Source of the DNA: an uncultured Candidatus Woesearchaeota archaeon
GTDB taxonomy: Archaea; Nanobdellota; Nanobdellia; UBA10117
Direction: 5' to 3'
DNA: 64,000 nt
Assembly (NCBI GenBank): GCA_903864915.1
Contig: CAIPHS010000005.1
Span: forward strand, 3,968-67,967
Shown: positions 57,061-64,000 of the stretch, piece after piece
Numbering within the stretch: position 1 is the first letter of the stretch
Layout of the letters: the number at the start of each line of letters is the position of its first letter
Program-made: the position numbers and the translations under genes
Notes under the pieces: generated by a model
Seen by the model: only the letters and a program-made list of their open reading frames with translations
The model's database searches: none
Told to the model about the DNA's origin: nothing

Positions 57061-57378
57061 ATGCACATGGTATTGAGAAAACCTACTGCAAACGATAAGC
57101 TGGCATACTTCACACGCAGAGCTTTAGGCGAGAAAGGTAAGGTTATGCTATGGCGCTTTGCTGATGAAGACCTAACGAACGTAGAATACATTTGCCAGCA
57201 TTGCGGCAAGCCTGGTGAGAAGCAAGTCATGTTTGAAAGGACAAAAACTTCTATTAAGAAACCCAATGGCAAGCGAAAATCTGTACAGGCATTCATACTG
57301 AAATGCGACTCCTGCAGCCAGGATATGGTTCTGGAGCAATGGGTAAAGAAAGGCAAAGGCAAGAAAAAGGCAGCATGA
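57061..57378 (+). CDS. zinc-ribbon hypothetical protein
   Basis: CQHC...CDSC; basic tail. Confidence 0.75.
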   Translation: MHMVLRKPTANDKLAYFTRRALGEKGKVMLWRFADEDLTNVEYICQHCGKPGEKQVMFERTKTSIKKPNGKRKSVQAFILKCDSCSQDMVLEQWVKKGKGKKKAA

Positions 57379-58007
57379 TTCCTAAGGTAGAATTTGTGTA
57401 CTCTATGATTTATGACAAGGTCATCATAGAAAGATACTACAAAAAAGAATACAATTTTGAAAAGTTTTCTAAACGTGTCCGAAAATTCATAAAGCTTATC
57501 GAACCTAAATGGAAAAAAGTTGAAAAGAAAATTTTATCAAAATTAGCTAACATTTCTGGCCTAAAATGGTCTGATCCCAAAATTAAATGCTATGTTACAA
57601 CACATCATTTTTGGGTTCCATTCTCTGATCCTTTGACAATGGGCGTTTTTTACGGCAAAAAAGCAGAGCACCAAGTAAGATCTGAATATTTTATTCACAT
57701 GCTTACTCACGAATTAATTCATCAATTGTTTATACAACAAGGCTGGAGCAAAAGATTTTCGAAAGCGTTTTCAAAAATCAGAGACAAGTATAAGAAAGAA
57801 ATCTGGAACACAAAAAATCATGTTTTGCTCCTCGCATTGCACAAAGATATACTATTAAAATATTTCGGCCAAAAAGCTCTAAAGAAACAAATTGAAGAAA
57901 CAAAATATTACAGAACCGCGGGTTATTATGAAGCGTGGCAAATAGTCGAAAAGGAAGGCTACCAAAACATTATTTCCGAGTTCCGAAGTCTTTTAAAAGC
58001 AAGATAA
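57375..58007 (+). CDS. HExxH-motif hypothetical protein (paralog of 8029-8655)
   Basis: MIPKVEFVYS, THELIHQ; ATGA overlap. Confidence 0.75.
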   Translation: MIPKVEFVYSMIYDKVIIERYYKKEYNFEKFSKRVRKFIKLIEPKWKKVEKKILSKLANISGLKWSDPKIKCYVTTHHFWVPFSDPLTMGVFYGKKAEHQVRSEYFIHMLTHELIHQLFIQQGWSKRFSKAFSKIRDKYKKEIWNTKNHVLLLALHKDILLKYFGQKALKKQIEETKYYRTAGYYEAWQIVEKEGYQNIISEFRSLLKAR

Positions 58008-58021
58008 TTCTGCTATTTCAT

Positions 58022-58095
58022 GCCTCCGTGGCTCAGTCCGGTAGAGCGGCCGTTTTGTAAACGGCAGGCCACCGGTTCAAATCCGGTCGGAGGCA
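58022..58095 (+). tRNA. tRNA-Thr(TGT)
   Basis: GCCTCCG/CGGAGGC, GCCGT/ACGGC. Confidence 0.94.
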
Positions 58096-58104
58096 TATAA
58101 CCAC

Positions 58105-58623
58105 ATGGCAACTAAAATCAAATATGGATGGAATTCGTTTACATTTGCTGCAACGATTTTCCTTATTGCCGCAGCAGCTTGTATATATCTGAATTATTTT
58201 GATATCCTTGCTCCTGAATTTGTCAATGGCAGTTTCAGGCAGTCTGTTGGCAAGTATTTCATAGTCCCAGTAATCATGTTGATTACGGCGCAGCTTGCAA
58301 TCGGAACAACTTTCGCGTACCTTGCCATTAATCTCCTAAAGCAATCAGCTAATGATGCTTTGAAGGCTGCAGCTGTATCAGCATTCGCAATGTTTTTGTT
58401 CTCGTTCACTTATTTTATCTTTCCATTTTATGGCCCATATTATTACATAGTCTCCTGGGCAGCACAAGGCCCGCACAATGCATTGCTTATTGAGGTGCTT
58501 TGGACGGCATTATCGATATTTTCTATAACTATGGCTTTCAGAAAGAGCTTCAAAATAGATTGGAAAGCATGCCTTGTTCTTGCAATATTTCTTCTAAGCA
58601 TGTTTATGGGATTGGCGTCTTAA
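58105..58623 (+). CDS. multi-pass membrane protein
   Basis: About 5 hydrophobic segments. Confidence 0.7.
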   Translation: MATKIKYGWNSFTFAATIFLIAAAACIYLNYFDILAPEFVNGSFRQSVGKYFIVPVIMLITAQLAIGTTFAYLAINLLKQSANDALKAAAVSAFAMFLFSFTYFIFPFYGPYYYIVSWAAQGPHNALLIEVLWTALSIFSITMAFRKSFKIDWKACLVLAIFLLSMFMGLAS

Positions 58624-58659
58624 CGTTAAAGTTATAAAGCTAAATTTTAGGTCTGAAAT

Positions 58660-58998
58660 ATGACAACCAAAGCATACGAAGTCCCCGCAGACAAGCTGAA
58701 ATTTGTCAAGGGCGTACTTGAAGCATCTGACAAGAAAGACCCACAGACTGGCAAATGGATTGCCAATGAATGGGCTTTGAGGGGCTACAAGCTAAATGAC
58801 GCCAAAGGCTTAGGCTTGGAAGGCACAAACTATTACATTTACGTCAAGGCAGATGATGATTTCTTCAAGAGGAACGAAAAATCAATTGTTGATGTAGGCG
58901 CAAAGCTGCTTAGCAGCGAGCATGCTTCCAAAGTCATAAAGAAGGTAGAGGAAGCTGAGGAATCAGCGGAAGCAGGCATAGGCGCTATTTTCGGCTAG
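58660..58998 (+). CDS. hypothetical protein
   Basis: 112 aa; ends EESAEAGIGAIFG. Confidence 0.75.
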   Translation: MTTKAYEVPADKLKFVKGVLEASDKKDPQTGKWIANEWALRGYKLNDAKGLGLEGTNYYIYVKADDDFFKRNEKSIVDVGAKLLSSEHASKVIKKVEEAEESAEAGIGAIFG

Positions 58999-59498
58999 GT
59001 CTTCTTGAGAACCCTTATTCCTGGCGCCACGATTATTTCGATATTTGCTTCACGGATTAGCCTTTCTGCAAGCTCGAAATTATAGGGCTGATTTCGCAGA
59101 TAGGACGCCAATTCATGCGTATCTTTATTGGAATAAACCTGGTCGGGAGTCACAACTTTCGCTATCCCTGCAGCTATTATTGACTTCGCACAATCTGCGC
59201 AGGGAAACCATTCATTCAAGTGTATGACGCTATCAAGAGTTTTTATTCCATCTCTTGCAGCGTAAGATATTGCTCTTCTTTCAGCGTGAGTTGTAGGACA
59301 GAGTTCCATTCCCATCCCGGAAGCATAACCTTTCCTCAAGCATTCGTGATTCTCATCAGGAATCGGTGGCCCATTCCAGCCAAGAATGTATTCGCCCGAG
59401 CAGGTTTCTATTACCGCAGCCACTGGATGCTTTTTGCAGCAAGGTTTGGATAATGCTTCTAGGAGCAATTCACGTATCTTTGCCTCATCAAAAGCCAT
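58995..59498 (-). CDS. dCMP deaminase family protein
   Basis: GWNG, HAE, PCADC. Confidence 0.88.
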   Translation of the reverse strand: MAFDEAKIRELLLEALSKPCCKKHPVAAVIETCSGEYILGWNGPPIPDENHECLRKGYASGMGMELCPTTHAERRAISYAARDGIKTLDSVIHLNEWFPCADCAKSIIAAGIAKVVTPDQVYSNKDTHELASYLRNQPYNFELAERLIREANIEIIVAPGIRVLKKT

Positions 59499-59554
59499 GT
59501 GCTATTTTACCACAACCCAAAATTTATTAAGCGTTTTTACAAGCTGATTATTGC

Positions 59555-59639
59555 GGGCCCTTGGTCTAGCGGTATGACGTCGCCCTTACATCAATCAGAA
59601 GAAAGGCGGAGGTCGCAGGTTCGAATCCTGCAGGGCCCA
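59555..59639 (+). tRNA. tRNA-Val(TAC) with 13-nt intron (59591-59603)
   Basis: GGGCCCT/AGGGCCC, TCGCC/GGCGG. Confidence 0.92.
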
Positions 59640-59692
59640 TTTATTTGCTGGATTGAACAAAGGCTTTTATCACTAAATGTTATTATTGTCAT

Positions 59693-60163
59693 ATGACTTA
59701 TGGTAGTTTCCAGGCTCCAGGAACACAATATCGCGATTTAGATTCATATATTTCTGAGGCTTTAGCTCCCGGTTTCGTAAATTCCCTTGACAGCAGAGGT
59801 ATAACGCCAAAACCCCAAGATGTCAAAAGGTACAAAAATTTTCTTAAAAGCTGCGTAAGATGCCGGAATATCTCAAAGACCTTTAACGAAAAGGCTGTGC
59901 CTGCAAGCCTGGATCTTACACTGAAAATAAGCATTGATGGCGAAGATGTGCACGCGATAGATATAAAGAAGAAAGGCGATTTTATAGACATAGAGTATTT
60001 TAGCACAACATACAGGCTACATCCCGGTCAGGTCGGGGATTGCGATATTTTTGAGAAGCCAGACAAGGAAGTTCTGGAAAACGGCAAGTGGGAACAGTAT
60101 ATGATTTTCAGAACCAAAGCGCCAGACAGGCTTGACGACTTGCTACAAAGACTAAAAGAATAA
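59693..60163 (+). CDS. hypothetical protein
   Basis: 156-aa ORF. Confidence 0.6.
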   Translation: MTYGSFQAPGTQYRDLDSYISEALAPGFVNSLDSRGITPKPQDVKRYKNFLKSCVRCRNISKTFNEKAVPASLDLTLKISIDGEDVHAIDIKKKGDFIDIEYFSTTYRLHPGQVGDCDIFEKPDKEVLENGKWEQYMIFRTKAPDRLDDLLQRLKE

Positions 60164-60811
60164 TCACTTCATCTCTTCTAAAGGCAAACTTCCGTGCTCT
60201 GACCAGAATACCATATCGAGCTCTGCCATAGAAATGTTTAGATTCTTGGCAAACTCTTTCATCAGCCTTTCAATGTGAAGATACTTGTTTTTGGGCAGCA
60301 CGAGCGGAATTTCAGTAATTACTTTGTGCTTGTACAATTCGGTCATTATGTGCCTGTCTAAGATTGCCAAATCACTTCCATGACCAATGTTTCTCAAGAA
60401 GTGCGTTGCTTCTTTCATACCCAAGCCTTCGACATTATCGGCCAGCCAGTTTCTCAAGCCCCAAAGGTCCTCTGTGTTTAACATCGACTTTATTTTTACT
60501 TTTCCATCGCGTGAGAAGCGCTGTCGCGCAGCTACAACGTACTTTGCCTTGTTGTTATGGAACCTAACTCCATTCTTATCCAAAACAAGGGCAATCTCCT
60601 CTGGTTTTCCGGAAAATAACAAGTTAGCTGTCTGGAGCGCGTTTATGGCTTTGTTTGCGGCAGAGGCTTTTGTCTGTGGCGTGCATAGGCAGAAACACAG
60701 CTCTGCAAAAATCCTTTCGTCAGGCTCGTACTTTATCCTGTCAAGCTCTTCCAGCCTTTTCTTGATATCTGCCTTCTTGGAAGCGTAAAGCAAAAGCAAA
60801 GATGATTCCAT
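60164..60811 (-). CDS. ogg: 8-oxoguanine N-glycosylase/DNA lyase (OGG2 type)
   Basis: ELCFCLCTPQ, VRFHNNKA, GLGMKEATHFLRNIG, AILDRHI. Confidence 0.92.
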   Translation of the reverse strand: MESSLLLLYASKKADIKKRLEELDRIKYEPDERIFAELCFCLCTPQTKASAANKAINALQTANLLFSGKPEEIALVLDKNGVRFHNNKAKYVVAARQRFSRDGKVKIKSMLNTEDLWGLRNWLADNVEGLGMKEATHFLRNIGHGSDLAILDRHIMTELYKHKVITEIPLVLPKNKYLHIERLMKEFAKNLNISMAELDMVFWSEHGSLPLEEMK

Positions 60812-60889
60812 TAGTTAAAGAAGAAAAGAAGCGAATTTAAACCTTGCTTAGAGCGATAGATTTATTTAAGGCCCATACTTTTTGTAAGC

Positions 60890-61432
60890 ATGGTCACAAT
60901 TGCTTACACAGGCAAGGGCGATACTGGCGAGACTAATCTTTTTGGTGGCCTTAAGGCCAATAAATCTTCTCTTCGAATAGAGGCTTATGGCGCAATTGAC
61001 GAGTTAAACTCTTACATCGGAGTCTGCAGGGCTGTTTCAAGCAAGGAAACAACTAACATCCTTGAGAAAATCCAGAAGGATCTGTTCGTTCTGGGCGCGG
61101 ATCTGGCAAATGTTCGTGAAACCAAGGCTGGCGCACTAAGAATTTCCCAGAAAGAAACCAAAGACATGGAAGACGTCATTGACAGCATCAATGGAAAGCT
61201 GCCTGACCTCAAAAAATTCATTCTCCCGGCAGGCACAATTTCTGCAAGCCACCTTCATGTTGCAAGGTCAATCTGCAGAAGGGCTGAAAGAAGGGCAATC
61301 TTGCTGAAAGAAAGTGAAAACATCAACATTGCAATAGTCCCTTACCTCAACAGGCTGTCTTCTTTGCTATTTGTGCTGGCAAGATATGAAAATGTCAAGA
61401 AGAAAGTAAAGGAAGAAGAGTGGAGTTCTTAG
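60890..61432 (+). CDS. pduO: ATP:cob(I)alamin adenosyltransferase, PduO type
   Basis: YTGKGDTGET, AYGAIDELNS, ARSICRRAER, YLNRLS. Confidence 0.93.
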   Translation: MVTIAYTGKGDTGETNLFGGLKANKSSLRIEAYGAIDELNSYIGVCRAVSSKETTNILEKIQKDLFVLGADLANVRETKAGALRISQKETKDMEDVIDSINGKLPDLKKFILPAGTISASHLHVARSICRRAERRAILLKESENINIAIVPYLNRLSSLLFVLARYENVKKKVKEEEWSS

Positions 61433-61932
61433 AATTTATAGACTTCATACTTTGACAATTCCGCAGTTATGGTCTCGTTCCAGTCTGCAATTATACTTGA
61501 AAATCTTTTCCTGATTTCGTTTTTCAGCGAGGCAAGCTCCGCTGCAGATTTCGCAAGTATAACGAAGAAAAGATCATAATTACCAATAACTGAAAAGACA
61601 ATTATAATTCGATCGTGATTTTTCAAGTAAGTCAAAAATTGCTGCAGCTTTTCGTCAGTTATGTCCTTCAGCTTGACATAAACCTGGGCATCTACTGGCA
61701 ACCCAAAGAATGCAGGATTAGGGATTGCGCAAAGCCTCATTATTGCCCCGCATTCAAGCATCTTTTCAAGCCGGCCCTTTACACCATCAATTGACATGCC
61801 CACTTCTTTCGCCATATCTTTGAGGGTTGTACGGCTGTTTTTATTGAGCAAATTGAATATTTTCTTATCTTTCTCGTCTATTTTTACGTCTTTTATGCTT
61901 ATTTTCCCCGTTTTATTCTCAGCACTTTGCAT
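61429..61932 (-). CDS. Lrp/AsnC family transcriptional regulator
   Basis: IDEKDKKI...NSRTTLKDMAKEVGMS; GNYDL. Confidence 0.9.
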   Translation of the reverse strand: MQSAENKTGKISIKDVKIDEKDKKIFNLLNKNSRTTLKDMAKEVGMSIDGVKGRLEKMLECGAIMRLCAIPNPAFFGLPVDAQVYVKLKDITDEKLQQFLTYLKNHDRIIIVFSVIGNYDLFFVILAKSAAELASLKNEIRKRFSSIIADWNETITAELSKYEVYKF

Positions 61933-62049
61933 ACTATTACCTAATAAATAGCATTATTTATATACTTTTTCCTATTTTATCGGCTTTTTCTTCATAAAAG
62001 CTTATTAACACATACTTACTATATAGATATAAAATATGCTGTGAACAAA

Positions 62050-62613
62050 ATGGTAAAATTCAAAGAATTGTCATGGTGCTTAGGAGAAACGCCAAGTCTA
62101 GGAGTTACTAGCGTTGGCCTTAATGAGTACTACTTATTTGCGTCTTTGGACGGTAGGGGTGCTTGCTGGGGCGTTAACCACCCTAAAAGAATGCACCTTA
62201 ACGGATGGCGTTCTGCCTTTCAGGTTTATGACATTGACCTGGCCACGTTAATGGACGTCAATGTTACGCTAGAGGATATTAAGAAAAAGGACATCAAAGA
62301 CATTGACGTATTCGAAACCGCAGAACTCGCAAATGAGGCTGGAAGTTGGGTAAAAGATCCAAAACTTAGAGAAATGATACCATTATTTGATCCTATGAGA
62401 AAAGGGATGTACTTGCACTACAGAAAAGAGCCTAAACAAAGTTTAGCATATAACCTAAACCACTGCTTCATAAATAAAATAGAACCTATTGGCGAAGACA
62501 AGGATGAAATTGAATGGCTAAAGAGCTACCTGAACGCGCAAAAAATACCATTCGAAATCAAAAAGCAAACTTTTGAGGGCGCATCACACCTAGATAGAAT
62601 AAAGGTTGAATGA
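62050..62613 (+). CDS. hypothetical protein
   Basis: Divergent from Lrp; start GTG 62041 or ATG 62050. Confidence 0.65.
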   Translation: MVKFKELSWCLGETPSLGVTSVGLNEYYLFASLDGRGACWGVNHPKRMHLNGWRSAFQVYDIDLATLMDVNVTLEDIKKKDIKDIDVFETAELANEAGSWVKDPKLREMIPLFDPMRKGMYLHYRKEPKQSLAYNLNHCFINKIEPIGEDKDEIEWLKSYLNAQKIPFEIKKQTFEGASHLDRIKVE

Positions 62614-62634
62614 AAGGGCAAAGGGAAATAAAAA

Positions 62635-63228
62635 ATGGGAATAGACAAATACATCCAAAAGGCTAAAAAAACGCTGAGCACGAAAAACCCTTTCGTCATA
62701 GTGTCTTATATTGTTGCACCGTACATTAGCAAAAATCAAATTACGTTGGTTTCTGATGCTGCCAAAAATGCACTTAAAGAAGGCGACGTTTATGCGAAAG
62801 GCTTAATTGGAAAATTAAAAGACGAACTCGAAGCAGAGCTTTGCATTGACTCAAACGATGAAATTAAAGTAAATTATGATGGTCACCTTCACGGTCTCCC
62901 ATTTGAAGTAAGATCTAAATTTCCCCACGGAATTGCTTTTTTAGAAAAGGTATGCTTCAGGTACGAAAGGCTTGAAGGATTCCCAGAACTCAAACACATA
63001 ATTCCCACGGAAAGTGGTTATGCGCAGCTTATGAAAATCGCTCTTCATCGTGAAACCTACCTTTACAATACCGACATAATTACATTGGATTTTTTGACAA
63101 AAACAGCAGGAATCAAGCTGAAAGACGCCAGTATTACAAAAGCTTGGGAAACCGAACTCGGGAAGAGATGGTTTGAAGCTGCAAAGAAATTAGGATTTGA
63201 ACCCTCAGATAACTGGGCAGACTGTTGA
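62635..63228 (+). CDS. hypothetical protein
   Basis: 197-aa ORF; overlaps the RNR 3' end convergently. Confidence 0.65.
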   Translation: MGIDKYIQKAKKTLSTKNPFVIVSYIVAPYISKNQITLVSDAAKNALKEGDVYAKGLIGKLKDELEAELCIDSNDEIKVNYDGHLHGLPFEVRSKFPHGIAFLEKVCFRYERLEGFPELKHIIPTESGYAQLMKIALHRETYLYNTDIITLDFLTKTAGIKLKDASITKAWETELGKRWFEAAKKLGFEPSDNWADC

Positions 63229-64000
63229 ATGGCACCAGCCTGATGTCTCTGGCTTTGCTATTACAAACGGCTCTGCCTTTGGCCTTGTCTCTTCCATCTC
63301 GCCAATGTACAGGACCTGCTCTGGCTTGCTTCCATATCGGTAAATTGTTATCCCCTTGCATTTGGATTTGTATGCGAGCTCGTAAGCCTTCTTTACTTCC
63401 TCAACTTTAGCTTCCCGCGGGAAGTTAATAGTCTTTGAAACAGCATTATCGGTATATTTCTGGAACGCTGCCTGCATCTTGACGTGCCATTCCGGCTTTA
63501 TTTCGAGAGCTGTGATGAAAACCTTGCGTATTTCTTCAGGAATTTCCTTGAATTTTTGAATAGTGCCTGATTTTGCAATCTTTTTCATCAATTCTTCTGA
63601 GTAAAATCCTCTTTCATAGGCCATATGTTCGAAAACTGGGTTGACTTCTATCAAGCGCGTGCCTTCCAGCACATGCCTTACGAAAGATACTGCGAACAAA
63701 GGCTCGATGCCTGACGAGCAGCCAGCTATTATTGAAATAGTTCCTGTTGGGGCTATTGTTGTGCACGTTGCGTTGCGCATGTGCTTGTGACCTTTTTTCT
63801 GCCACGAGCTGCCTTTGAAGTTCAGGAAGTTTCCTCTAATCTTTCCCAGCTCCGAAGAGGCCCTGTGCGCCTCTTCGTTTATGAATCTCATCAGCTTTTC
63901 AGCAACTTCAATCGCTTTTTCTGAATCATAAACGATATTCATCATGCAAAGCATGTCTGCAAAGCCCATTATCCCAAGGCCAACTCTCCTGTTTGCTTTT
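63205..64000 (-). CDS. nrdJ: class II (adenosylcobalamin-dependent) ribonucleotide reductase, 3' part
   Basis: RRVGLGIMG, RNATCTTIAPTGTIS, SSGIEP, VSKTIN, KGITIYR, C-terminal Cys pair. Confidence 0.9.
   Translation of the reverse strand, partial: KANRRVGLGIMGFADMLCMMNIVYDSEKAIEVAEKLMRFINEEAHRASSELGKIRGNFLNFKGSSWQKKGHKHMRNATCTTIAPTGTISIIAGCSSGIEPLFAVSFVRHVLEGTRLIEVNPVFEHMAYERGFYSEELMKKIAKSGTIQKFKEIPEEIRKVFITALEIKPEWHVKMQAAFQKYTDNAVSKTINFPREAKVEEVKKAYELAYKSKCKGITIYRYGSKPEQVLYIGEMEETRPKAEPFVIAKPETSGWCHSTVCPVI

Overview
Archaeal chromosomal DNA, most likely from a DPANN (Nanobdellati) lineage. This is inferred from archaeal informational genes, tight packing, many orphan ORFs and tandem-Lrp regulators. 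Housekeeping genes include MetRS, ProRS, AsnRS, NurA/HerA/Rad50/Mre11, proteasome beta, aCPSF1, eS1, uS15, Bud32, EndoIV, Ogg, PduO and a partial class II RNR. There are 13 complete tRNA genes, 7 with an intron at 37/38, plus an orphan tRNA 5' half. Several accessory islets are interspersed. Four items stand out. (1) A tightly coupled, AT-rich operon at 8.7-15.7 kb encodes three radical SAM enzymes, a PLP aminotransferase, an M20 amidohydrolase, a MilB/BlsM-like CMP glycosidase, an Rpn1/Rpn2-like PC-repeat protein and an unannotated 30-aa peptide. It sits next to a tandem Lrp regulator and an ABC-F ATPase, and is a candidate nucleoside/peptide biosynthetic cluster. (2) A tRNA-bounded module pairs a polymerase-dead, exonuclease-intact PolB with a Cas4-like Fe-S nuclease. 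(3) Homologous tRNA introns in different tRNAs share a covarying double-hairpin fold that competes with the BHB splice motif. (4) A B3/4 tRNA-editing gene is paired with a B12 radical SAM gene. All calls come from reading motifs by eye; no searches were run.
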